A stretch of DNA of 64,000 nt from NCBI GenBank assembly GCA_964016885.1, contig OZ024763.1, positions 19,158,001 to 19,222,000 on the forward strand, written 5' to 3'. Origin of the DNA: Eledone cirrhosa (Eukaryota). How positions within the stretch are numbered: the first letter of the stretch is position 1; each line of letters opens with the position of its first letter. The position numbers were made by a program, and so were the translations under genes. Below are positions 52,756-64,000 of the stretch, one piece after another. The notes beneath the pieces were generated by a model. The model was not told the origin of the DNA. It saw nothing but the letters and a program-made list of their open reading frames with translations, and searched no databases.

Positions 52756-52827
52756 CATGTGTTGGTGTAAATGGTAGCACAGTGGTCCGGATAACCAAAG
52801 ATGTGGGTTCGACTCCCATGTACGTCA
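52756..52827 (+). pseudogene. tRNA-like sequence (pseudo-tRNA or SINE head)
   Basis: A-box TGGTGTAAATGG, B-box GGTTCGACTCC; cloverleaf can be drawn, but the anticodon loop CCGGATA lacks U33 and R37. Confidence 0.6.
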
Positions 52828-52929
52828 ATACTCATCTTTTTCCATTTCTCCGAGGGTTTTTAACCCCACTACAAGGCTAAATAATTTCTTTAATTTCTTT
52901 AGTCAAAATACGGCGATAGCTAACATTTC

Positions 52930-52968
<39 letters not shown>

Positions 52969-53101
52969 GTGAGGTTTTTTTTTACAAAATGAAAAATAAC
53001 CGAGGTGTCCTACACGAGTGAAAGTATAAAGAAAAATAGATGAAATCGAAAATGCAACTGGAGTCTTATTTTTTTTTTAAATATATATATTTATTTGGTT
53101 C

Positions 53102-53137
53102 CTTTACCGGTTTCGCAGTTCTTCTGCTTTTCAAAAG
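53102..53137 (-). ncRNA. Second copy of the U3:A8 hammerhead
   Basis: ctt-TTGAAAA-gcag aagaa ctgc-GAAA-ccgg-TA-aag; 52962-53171 is the reverse complement of 41980-42187. Confidence 0.72.
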
Positions 53138-53179
53138 TAGAGTTGAGATGGAAGGTCTGTGGTTTTTCTCACACCTGTG

Positions 53180-53421
53180 TTATATTATATATATATATAT
53201 ATAAATATATTATATATATATATATAAATAAATTATATATATATATATAAATATATTATATATATATATATAAATAAATTATATATATATATATAAATAT
53301 ATTATATATATATATATAAATAAATTATATATATATATATAAATATATTATATATATATAAATATATATATATATAAATATATTATATATATAAATATAT
53401 TATATATATATATATATATAA

Positions 53422-53453
<32 letters not shown>

Positions 53454-53627
53454 AATATATTATATATATAAATATATAAATATATTATATATATAAATAT
53501 ATATATATAAATATATTATATATATATATATATATATAAATATATTATATATATATATATATAAATATATTATATATATATAAATATATTATATATATAT
53601 ATAAATATATTATATATATATATATAA

Positions 53628-53658
<31 letters not shown>

Positions 53659-53663
53659 TATAT

Positions 53664-53706
<43 letters not shown>

Positions 53707-53872
53707 TATATTATATTATATATATATTATATATTATATTATATATTATATATATATTATATATTATATATATATTATATATATATATTATATATTATAT
53801 TATATATTATATATATATTATATTATATATTATATTATATATTATATATATATTATATATTATATTATATAT
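53180..53872. repeat. ~690-bp pure A/T microsatellite tract
   Basis: Direct. Confidence 0.97.
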
Positions 53873-55302
53873 TGGGGAGCAGTCAGCAAAGTTAGGATTA
53901 GCAATGAGTATAGCGATGAATTTAGCGTACAGGTTGAGGTCCACCAGGGCTCTGTTCTTAGCCCCCTCCTGTTCATCATAGTCCTGCAGGCAATAACGGA
54001 GGAGTTTAAGACCGGATGCCCATGGGAACTCCTGTATGCTGATGACCTCGCACTCATAGCTGAATCTATGGTAGAACTAGAGAATAAATTCCAAACTTGG
54101 AAGCAGGGACTAGAAAGAAAGGGTCTCAAAGTCAACATGACAAAGACTAAGGTCCTTGTAAGTAGACGAGAAAACAGAACCCAGATCCCCTCAGGGAAAT
54201 GGCCTTGCTCAGTATGTAGGAAAGGTGTAGGTAGGAACTCGATTCTCTGCCCCAAATGCAAACAATGGGTACACAAGAGATGTAGCGGGATCTCAGGAAG
54301 CTTAATTAAGAATGTAGGATTCACATGCAGCAGCTGTACTGAGACAGCAAGCAGCAAACAGCCACAGGAAACAAGTACCACCAATCTCTGGGAGGGCCCT
54401 GTAGAAACAGTAGACAGCTTCTGCTACCTAGGTGGCCGAATTAGCAGCGGAGGTGGGTGTTCAGAAAGTACAATAACTAGGGTAAGAACGGGATGGAAGA
54501 AGTTTAGGGAACTACTACCACTGCTAGCTGCAAAAGGCTTCTCCCTCAGAATGAAAGGCAGACTGTATGATGCATGTATCCGAACAGCGATGTTGCATGG
54601 TAGTGAGACCTGGGCGCTGAAGGTGGAAGACTTACGTAGATTAGAGAGAAACGAAGCCTGCATGCTCCGATGGATGTGTAACAGTAATATACGTGAACGA
54701 CAAAGCATAAATGAATTGAGAGAGAGACTGAGCATAAGAGGAATCAAATGCTGTGTGCAGGAGAGGCGGTTGCGCTGGTATGGACATGTGATGCGTATGA
54801 AGGATGACAGCTGCATAAAAAGGTGCAGAGCACTAGAAGTTGATGGAAATCGCGGAGTGGGGAGACCCAAGATGACCTGGGATGAGGTGATAAAAGCCGA
54901 CCTGACCCAACTACACCTCTCAAAGACAATGACACACGACCGTGACTTCTGGCGTCACGCAGTAATACAGAGTACCCGACCTCCCATGGGTACATGCTGA
55001 AGCATATAAACAATATGCCCCCACACCCCCCACCGCAAGGTGGTCGTGGAGGTGCCACGGCAAAAAAGCACCCAGCCCACACTGTAAAGTGGACGTGTAG
55101 GCGCCACGAAAAAGCACCCAGCACTCACTGTAAATGAGGTTGGTGTTAGGAAGGGCATCCAGCTGTAGAAATCAAGCCAGATCAGTTCCTGTATGAGCAA
55201 GGCATGGTCAGCCGACCAGACACTGCACACAACAGGACAACCCGTCTAACCCATGCTAGCGTGGAAGAACGGACGTAAAACGGTGATGCTGATGATGATG
55301 AT
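53873..55302 (+). mobile_element. 5'-truncated RTE-clade LINE; uninterrupted frame 53873-55000 (RT C-terminal half, PHD-like finger, thumb) plus 3' UTR
   Basis: In-frame HQGSVLSPLLF, LLYADD (TAT at 54035), GLKVNMTKTKV, FCYLG, HGSETW, RRLRWYGHV, GRPK.TW; (GAT)n tail. Confidence 0.95.
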
Positions 55303-55339
55303 ATTATATTATATATTATATATTATATATATATATATA

Positions 55340-55496
55340 TACATATATAAACAAACAAAGTGTGGTAAGATACCAGGTGGACCATTACGCACCAGAGTAC
55401 TCGATACTTAGAGTAGTAAGCTAAAAATTCTAATTTAGTCCAGAAATAGCCGTCGAAACAGCTTGAGCTCTGCCGTCGGGGTCATACTTTTTCCTA
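55340..55496. mobile_element. Family F2 fragment with inversion
   Basis: Same arrangement as 14612-14818. Confidence 0.75.
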
Positions 55497-55754
55497 TATA
55501 TATATATTATATATATATATATAAAGAGGGGAGAGAGGCAGGATAGATAGAGTGATAGATAGACAGAGATAGATAGTTTGATAAAGGGAGAGTGAGGGTG
55601 GGGTTAGAAGTAGACATAGGGGTAGATTATTAGGGTTAGGGTATTTTGGCAACTGTATTTGTCTAAACATATGTTCTGTTCCCCCCTCCACCCTCCCACC
55701 TCTCTACAACTAACTTTAGTCTGTCTACCTAAGTCTTTCAGACTTCTGCTGACA

Positions 55755-56382
55755 TGTCATCACCATCACCATCACTACTATCACCCTCCCACCACCACCA
55801 TCATCACCATCACCATCACCAATATCACCCTCCCACCACCACCACCACCATTAACATCACCATTACCACCATCACCATCACTACTATCACCCTCCCACCA
55901 CCACCACCACCACCATTAACATCACCTCCACCACCATCACCATCGTCATCCTCACCACCACCACCACCATTATCACCATCACCATCGTCATCACCACCAC
56001 CATCATCATCATTAATATCACCACCCCCACTACCATCACCATCGTCATCACCACCACCATCATCATCATTAATATCACCACCCCCACTACCATCACCATC
56101 ATCACCATCACCATCATTAACATCACCACCACCACCTCCACCACCACCACCACTACCACCATCATCATCGTCATCATCAATATTACCACCACCACCGCCG
56201 CCGCCACCACCATCAATATTACCACCACCGGCACCGTCACCACCACCAACATCAATATCACCGCCGCCGCCATCATCAACACAACCATCATTAACACCAC
56301 CACCACCACCACCACCTTCATCATCAATACCGCTGTCATCACCGCCACCACAACCATCACAACAGCCGTCACCATCACCTCC
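55755..56382. repeat. (CCA/TCA)n tract
   Basis: Direct. Confidence 0.9.
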
Positions 56383-56458
56383 ATGATTAAACACACACAT
56401 ATACACACACACACACACCCATCCGTTTTACCTCCATGATTACACACACACACACACA

Positions 56459-56500
<42 letters not shown>

Positions 56501-56524
56501 TCCATCCGTTTTACCTCCATGATT

Positions 56525-56561
<37 letters not shown>

Positions 56562-56718
56562 CACATATACACACCCATCCGTTTTACCTCCATGATTACA
56601 CACACACATATACACACACACATATACACACCCATCCGTTTTACCTCCATGATTACACACACACACACACACACACACACATCCATCCGTTTTACCTCCA
56701 TGATTACACACACACACA

Positions 56719-56757
<39 letters not shown>

Positions 56758-56813
56758 CCATCCGTTTTACCTCCATGATTACACACACACCCATCCGTTT
56801 TACCTCCATGATT

Positions 56814-56844
<31 letters not shown>

Positions 56845-56878
56845 TATACACACACATATATACACACCCATCCGTTTT
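56378..56878. repeat. Minisatellite CATCCGTTTTACCTCCATGATTA+(CA)n
   Basis: Direct. Confidence 0.9.
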
Positions 56879-57067
56879 AACCCCGTTTCTGTAGAGGTAT
56901 GTAGGTCCAGGTTATTCATTATTTAAAACGGTAACGTTGGGGGAGGGGGGGCTGCTATTTATAGCAGGTCGAACAGACCGCCTAGAGAGGGGGAGGGGGA
57001 GAGTTGTGATAAAGAGGGGATGTGTGAGAGCGAGAGGATATGAGAGAGAGAGAGGTTGAGAGATAGA

Positions 57068-57102
<35 letters not shown>

Positions 57103-57121
57103 TGAGAGAGAGAGAGAGAGA

Positions 57122-57164
<43 letters not shown>

Positions 57165-57173
57165 TGAGAGAGA

Positions 57174-57216
<43 letters not shown>

Positions 57217-57254
57217 AGAGGTTTACAGACAATAATAAATGTGGTGGTATATAT

Positions 57255-58339
57255 AGTGGTGGTGGTGGTAGTGGTAGTGGTGGTGGTGGTGGTGGTGGTG
57301 GTGGTAGTGGTGGTGGTGGTGGTGGTAGTGATGGTGGTGGTGGTGGTAGTGATGGTGGTGGTGGTGGTAGTGGTAGTGGTGGTGGTGGTGGTGGTAGTGG
57401 TGGTAGTGGTGGTAGTGGTGGTGGTGGTGGTGGTGGTGGTGGTGGTAGTGGTGGTGGTGGTGGTGGTAGTGGTGGTGGTGGTGGTGGTGGTGGTGGTGGT
57501 GGTGGTAGTGGTAGTGGTGGTGGTGGGTAGTGGTGGTAGTAGTGGTGGTGGTGGTAGTGGTGGTGGTAGTGGTGGTGGTGGTGGTAGTGGTGGTGGTGGT
57601 GGTGGTGGTAGTGGTAGTGGTGGTGGTGGTAGTGGTGGTAGTGGTGGTAGTGGTGGTAGTGGTGGTGGTGGTGGTGGTGGTGGTGGTGGTGGTAGTGGTG
57701 GTGGTAGTGGTGGTGGTGGTGGTGGGTAGTGGTGGTAGTAGTGGTAGTGGTGGTAGTGGTGGTGGTAGTGGTGGTGGTGGTGGTAGTGGTGGTGGTGGTG
57801 GTGGTGGTGGTAGTGGTAGTGGTGGTGGTGGTGGTAGTGGTGGTAGTGGTGGTGGTGGTGGTGGTGGTAGTGGTAGTGGTGGTGGTAGTGGTGGTGGTGG
57901 TGGTGGGTAGTGGTGGTAGTGGTGGTGGTAGTGGTGGTGCTAGTGGTGGTAGTGGTGGTGGTAGTGGTGGTGGTGGTGTTGGTGGTGGTAGTGGTAGTGG
58001 TGGTAGTGGTGGTGGTGGTGGTAGTGGTGGTGGTAGTGGTGGTGCTAGTGGTGGTGGTAGTGATGGTAGTGGTGGTGGTAGTGGTGGTGGTGGTGTTGGT
58101 GGTGGTAGTGGTAGTGGTGGTAGTGGTAGTGGTAGTGGTGGTGGTGGTGTTGGTGGTGGTAGTGGTAGTGGTGGTAGTGGTAGTGGTGGTAGGGGTAGTG
58201 GTAGTGGTGGTGGTGGTGGTGGTGGTAGTGGTGGTGGTGGTGGTAGTGGTGGTGGTAGTGGTGGAGGTAGTGGTGGAGGTAGTAGTGGTGGTGGTGGTGG
58301 TGGTGGTGGTAGTGGTAGTGGTAGTGGTGGTGGTGGTGT
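57255..58339. repeat. (GGT/AGT)n, ~1.1 kb
   Basis: Direct. Confidence 0.97.
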
Positions 58340-58802
58340 AACCGTTTCTCAATGTTTGTTATATGAGGCAGTCAGAAGTGGGAGAAATTAGTTGAGGTTG
58401 GTTTGTCAGCTGACGTGTGTATGTAGACGTGTGTGTGTGTGTATAGACGTGTGTGAGTACACATACGTGTGCGTAGACGTGTGGACGTACCTGTGTTCAC
58501 ACACGTGTGTGTGTGTGCGTACGTGCGTTTGAGTATATAAATAAACAAAGGTACTTGTGTGTGTACACGTGTGTTTGAGTATATACATAAAGGTATATGT
58601 ATGTGTACGGTGTTTGTGTATATACATAAAGGTGTGTGTGTGTGTACACGTGCGTTTGAGTATATACGTGTGTACGTGAAGGTACGTGTTTATGTATGTG
58701 AAATTTTCATATTACCCACTCTACTAACCCAAGTATCGAGTACTCTGGTGAGTAATGGTCTAACTGGTTTTTACTGCATCCATTCTGATATATATATATA
58801 GC

Positions 58803-59111
58803 AACGAGTAGGACCCCGACGGCTGAGCTCACGCCGTTTCAAAGGCTAATTCTGGACTAAATGAACATTTTAATCCTGGTATATGAATAGCCGAGCTTCT
58901 CGGGGTGTAATTTCATATATGGTAAAAGTGATTGTCACAAGGATTGGTCAAAAGTTTGGTCAAAAATTTTCATTTAGTCCAAAATTAGCCGTCGAAACGG
59001 CTTGAGCTCAGCCGTCGGGGTCCTACTCGTTCCTATTACCCACTCTACTACCCTAAGTATTGAGTACTTTGGTGCGTTATGGTCCACCTGGTTCCTTACC
59101 ACATTTCCTTC

Positions 59112-59113
<2 letters not shown>
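58803..59113. mobile_element. Family F2, longest copy, ~62-bp inverted arms
   Basis: 58803-58865 inverted against 58969-59031; contains GTCGAAACGGCTTGAGCTCAGCCGTCGGGGTCC. Confidence 0.8.
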
Positions 59114-59146
<33 letters not shown>

Positions 59147-59354
59147 AAGTACAGCATATTCGCAGCTAAGCCGACGAATGCATTCAGAAGAACAGCCAAG
59201 CACTCGACAAGGTATAAAACCTCAGGGTAATAACACAGTTTAAAGAGCTTTGCAAATTGAAGATAACGACCGGTATTTCAGCCGCGGGGTCCGTAGCAAC
59301 GAAAGAACCGACTCGCCAGAAAAAATACATACATACACACACACATATATATAT

Positions 59355-59692
59355 ATCTATCTATCTATGGCGGGTAAAATTCCCGAGATCCATGGACGAG
59401 TTCTCTCCAGCGGTCTCTGTCCCTCATTATCGCTGCCATATCCTGCATCTCCAACAGACCAGTGTCTGTCCTTAGGGCATCAACATATGTTAACCTTGGT
59501 CTTCCTCTTCTAGTGTGTCCATGTAGGGGCTCCCAAAGGAGCACTGAGTGCAATGTCAACTCTGGATGTCGGTGAGCATGTCCAGCCAACCTCAGTCTCC
59601 TCTGTGTCACTTTTGAGCTGACTTTTGGGATGCTCCCATACAGCTCTGAGTTTTTCATCCTCAGTGTATACTGATTAATGTTCAGAGCCATC

Positions 59693-59697
<5 letters not shown>
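59355..59697 (-). mobile_element. 3' end of a different RTE-clade LINE
   Basis: RRLRLAGHAHRHPE...LLWEP.HG...RGRPRLTYVD.L..DTG...M.DR..WR; stop at 59365 then (ATAG)n. Confidence 0.88.
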
Positions 59698-59762
<65 letters not shown>

Positions 59763-59777
59763 TATATATATATATAT

Positions 59778-59895
59778 AATTGTTTCTACTTTTGGCAGAA
59801 GGCCAGCAATTATTCCAGTGCATTACTGGTACTTTATTTTATCGACCCCCGTAAGGATGAAAGGCAAAGTTAACCTCGGCGGGATTTGAACTCGG
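59778..59895 (-). mobile_element. SINE family C 3' part
   Basis: Matches 42358-42475. Confidence 0.85.
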
Positions 59896-59939
59896 ATCAT
59901 AAAGGACAAATGGTTACTCCTTCATTACGTTTATTGGTT

Positions 59940-60024
59940 GGTGACGCGCGTTTCGCTACTGGTCAGTTCAAGGTTCGATCTGTATCGATCTAGCCCGACT
60001 CTGGAATCAAAAGCTCGTCGAACC
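59940..60024 (-). ncRNA. Hammerhead-like motif, long loop II, core TCGACGA (degenerate)
   Basis: ggt-TCGACGA-gct...agc-GAAA-cgcgcg-TC-acc, then AATAAA; related fragment at 29310-29380. Confidence 0.55.
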
Positions 60025-60304
60025 TCTGTATATAAATATATATATATATAGTTAAAAATGAACGAACAAAACGCAGGAGGCAATTGCAGTCGTATGTATG
60101 TATGTATGTATGTATGTATGTATGTATGTATGTATGTATGTATGTATGTATGTATATGTTTTCTCTTTCTCTTAATTTTGAGTATATTTTTTGACCGGCC
60201 ACCTTCCTGGTGGCAAGGTTGTAAAAGAAAAGAAATTGTCATCCCTTGAATCGCAAGAATGTTTTGCAAATTTTGAAGGTGCCAGCTATCGCAGCCATTT
60301 GTAT

Positions 60305-60381
<77 letters not shown>

Positions 60382-60550
60382 TATGTATGTATGTATGTAT
60401 GCACGCGCGCGTTACATGTTGGACGATGAATTTTTATAAAATTTAGAAAATATAACCAACTTTCACAATATTAAGCTACTGATTGGAACACAACTTAAAG
60501 GTTCTTGCTGGAACCTTTTGTTGGCAGGTTTTTAGATAAATATACACACT

Positions 60551-60731
60551 TTAACCCTTTCTTACGGTATTTCTAATGAAAGACACTGACTATTATTTTC
60601 AAATAAATTTGAAAATAATCAAGAATTGAGGGCGAGTTAGTGAATATATTTCACTGCCTATGATAAATTATTTATTAAGTTTTCATAATTAATTATATAA
60701 ATAATGAAAAAAAAAGTGGGGAAGGGGTTAA
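60551..60731. mobile_element. Degenerate TTAA-flanked MITE-like element
   Basis: TTAACCCTTTC ... GAAGGGGTTAA. Confidence 0.45.
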
Positions 60732-61192
60732 AGAAGGGCAGATCTGGCTGTATAGAAAAGGAGAGGACTGTAAATGCCATAAATGAGAAGAAAGGGAATG
60801 AAAGAGCAACGACTATGAGATATCGGAAGAAAGAGATGAGAAAGAGTCGTGGGTGACGGGCTCTACGCCTAGGTCGGGGCGGTGTTTCGCCTAGTTGTCA
60901 AATAATTTTGAGATAAATGAAGAACTTTAAACAACTTTAACCCCTTTTATGCCATCAGGACATAACCTCCCATCGTTCTATAAAACAAAACCTTCCATTT
61001 TAAAGGGTTTCTATTTAAATTAAAACTTCACAACAAATTTTATATCAGAAAATTCTAAGTAAATTATCTGACAGATACCATCAATAATAGATATATTCTT
61101 TTATTCTTTTACCTGTTCCAGCCATCGGGCTGAGGCCATGCTGGGGCACCGCCCTGTATATTTTTTCAATATTGAAGCCTATACATCTACAG

Positions 61193-61260
61193 CAGGGGTG
61201 TGCAACATATTCCCATTGGCGGGCCACTTTTTAACATTGGAACAACTATTGGGGCCATTA
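61193..61260 (+). mobile_element. Possible hAT MITE left end
   Basis: CAGGGGTGTGCAAC...GCGGGCCA; no partner TIR seen in the window. Confidence 0.45.
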
Positions 61261-61436
61261 ATATCTATTAAGCAGTATTCACAACTTTTCGGCCCTTCCA
61301 CGTTCAGACCATATCCTTGTGGTTGTGTTTATCAAGCCCTAGTGCAATAACGGGATTGAGATAATCCTTGTTTAAGCAATTGTCTCCAGCTTACATTTCC
61401 TCTCTTCGCCACCCCCATCCACTTCTTTCCATAACA

Positions 61437-64000
61437 TCGACCTGGGGAATTATAAAACACATAACCCTATCAGTGAAGCCCTTTAGTATAGGTCAACTGG
61501 GAAATTATAACACACATAACCCTATCAGTGAAGCCCTTCAGTATAGGTCAACTGGGAAATTATAACACACATGACGCTATCAGTGAAGCCCTTTAGTATA
61601 GTAGGTCAACTGGGCAATTATAACACACATGACCCTATCAGTGAAGCCCTTTAGTATAGGTCAACTGGGAAATTATAAAACACATAACCCTATCAGTGAA
61701 GCCCTTTAGTATAGGTCAACTGGGAAATTATAAAACACATAACCCTATCAGTGAAGCCCTTTAGTATAGGTCAACTGGGAAATTATAAAACACATAACCC
61801 TATCAGTGAAGCCCTTTAGTATAGGTCAACTGGGAAATTATAAAACACATAACCCTATCAGTGAAGCCCTTTAGTATAGGTCAACTGGGAAATTATAAAA
61901 CACATAACCCTATCAGTGAAGCCCTTTAGTATAGGTCAACTGGGAAATTATAAAACACATAACCCTATCAGTGAAGCCCTTTAGTATAGGTCAACTGGGA
62001 AATTATAACACACATAACCCTATCAGTGAAGCCCTTTAGTATAGGTCAACTGGGGAATTATAACACACATAACCCTATCAGTGAAGCCCTTTAGTATAGG
62101 TCAACTGGGAAACTATAACACACATAACCCTATCAGTGAAGCCCTTTAGTATAGGTCAACTGGGAAATTATAACACGCATAACCCTATCAGTGAAGCCCT
62201 TTAGTATAGGTCAACTGGGAAATTATAAAACACATAACCCTATCAGTGAAGCCCTTTAGTATAGGTCAACTGGGAAATTATAACATGCATAACCCTATCA
62301 GTGAAGCCCTTTAGTATAGGTCAACTGGGAAATTATAACACATAACCCTATCAGTGAAGCCCTTTAGTATAGGTCAACTGGGAAATTATAACACACATAA
62401 CCCTATCAGTGAAGCCCTTCAGTATAGGTCAACTGGGAAATTATAACACACATAACCCTATCAGTGAAGCCCTTTAGTATAGGTCAACTGGGAAATTATA
62501 ACACACATAACCCTATCAGTGAAGCCCTTTAGTATAGGTCAACTGGGAAATTATAACACACATAACCCTATCAGTGAAGCCCTTTAGTATAGGTCAACTG
62601 GGAAATTATAAAACACATAACCCTATCAGTGAAGCCCTTTAGTATAGGTCAACTGGGAAATTATAAAACACATAACCCTATCAGTGAAGCCCTTTAGTAT
62701 AGGTCAACTGGGGAATTATAAAACACATAACCCTATCAGTGAAGCCCTTTAGTATAGGTCAACTGGGAAATTATAACACACATAACCCTATCAGTGAAGC
62801 CCTTTAGTATAGGTCAACTGGGAAATTATAACACACATAACCCTATCAGTGAAGCCCTTTAGTATAGGTCAACTGGGAAATTATAAAACACATAACCCTA
62901 TCAGTGAAGCCCTTTAGTATAGGTCAACTGGGAAATTATAACACACATAACCCTATCAGTGAAGCCCTTTAGTATAGGTCAACTGGGAAATTATAAAACA
63001 CATAACCCTATCAGTGAAGCCCTTTAGTATAGGTCAACTGGGAAATTATAACACACATAACCCTATCAGTGAAGCCCTTTAGTATAGGTCAACTGGGAAA
63101 TTATAAAACACATAACCCTATCAGTGAAGCCCTTTAGTATAGGTCAACTGGGAAATTATAACACACATAACCCTATCAGTGAAGCCCTTTAGTATAGGTC
63201 AACTGGGAAATTATAAAACACATAACCCTATCAGTGAAGCCCTTTAGTATAGGTCAACTGGGAAATTATAACACACATAACCCTATCAGTGAAGCCCTTT
63301 AGTATAGGTCAACTGGGAAATTATAAAACACATAACCCTATCAGTGAAGCCCTTTAGTATAGGTCAACTGGGAAATTATAACACATAACCCTATCAGTGA
63401 AGCCCTTTAGTATAGGTCAACTGGGAAATTATAACACACATAACCCTATCAGTGAAGCCCTTTAGTATAGGTCAACTGGGAAATTATAACACACATAACC
63501 CTATCAGTGAAGCCCTTTAGTATAGGTCAACTGGGCAATTATAAAACACATAACCCTATCAGTGAAGCCCTTTAGTATAGGTCAACTGGGAAATTATAAC
63601 ACACATAACCCTATCAGTGAAGCCCTTTAGTATAGGTCAACTGGGAAATTATAAAACACATAACCCTATCAGTGAAGCCCTTTAGTATAGGTCAACTGGG
63701 AAATTATAACACACATAACCCTATCAGTGAAGCCCTTTAGTATAGGTCAACTGGGAAATTATAAAACACATAACCCTATCAGTGAAGCCCTTTAGTATAG
63801 GTCAACTGGGAAATTATAACACATAACCCTATCAGTGAAGCCCTTTAGTATAGGTCAACTGGGAAATTATAACACACATAACCCTATCAGTGAAGCCCTT
63901 TAGTATAGGTCAACTGGGAAATTATAACACACATAACCCTATCAGTGAAGCCCTTTAGTATAGGTCAACTGGGCAATTATAACACACATAACCCTATCAG
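61437..64000. repeat. 55-bp satellite, about 46 units, running off the window
   Basis: TAACCCTATCAGTGAAGCCCTTTAGTATAGGTCAACTGGGAAATTATAAMACACA. Confidence 0.97.

Noticed and set aside
59146-59325. GC-richer segment considered as an HDV-like ribozyme
   Set aside because: Could not assemble the nested double pseudoknot by eye
61437-64000. CCCTATCAGTGA match to the tet operator, and a telomere-like TAACCCTA
   Set aside because: Only 12 of 19 tetO bases, without the palindromic second half; a single telomeric unit per monomer is plausibly chance

Overview
Eukaryotic, extremely repeat-rich intergenic or intronic DNA. The SINE/LINE families and microsatellite density suggest a coleoid cephalopod such as octopus (recognition, not a database result). 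I find no supportable host protein-coding gene; almost all listed ORFs are microsatellite or satellite artefacts. Real coding remnants come from LINEs: two 5'-truncated RTE-clade copies (the longer has YADD plus a PHD-like C4HC3 finger inside RT), two other RTE 3' ends (one with a C2H2 finger) and a CR1-type fragment. Also present: three tRNA-derived SINE families, piggyBac-, hAT- and Tc1-type MITEs, a non-autonomous Helitron carrying a 2.8-kb 31-bp satellite, and 72-, 122- and 55-bp satellites. The main hidden signal is about 19 minimal type-I hammerhead ribozyme motifs from about 10 unrelated sequence families, plus 7 half-motifs. Most lie beside (TA)n tracts and many are in inverted (fold-back) arrangements, as expected for Penelope-like element pLTR remnants. 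They include a compensatory U3:A8 core variant and a 164-bp-arm palindrome carrying a ribozyme on each strand.
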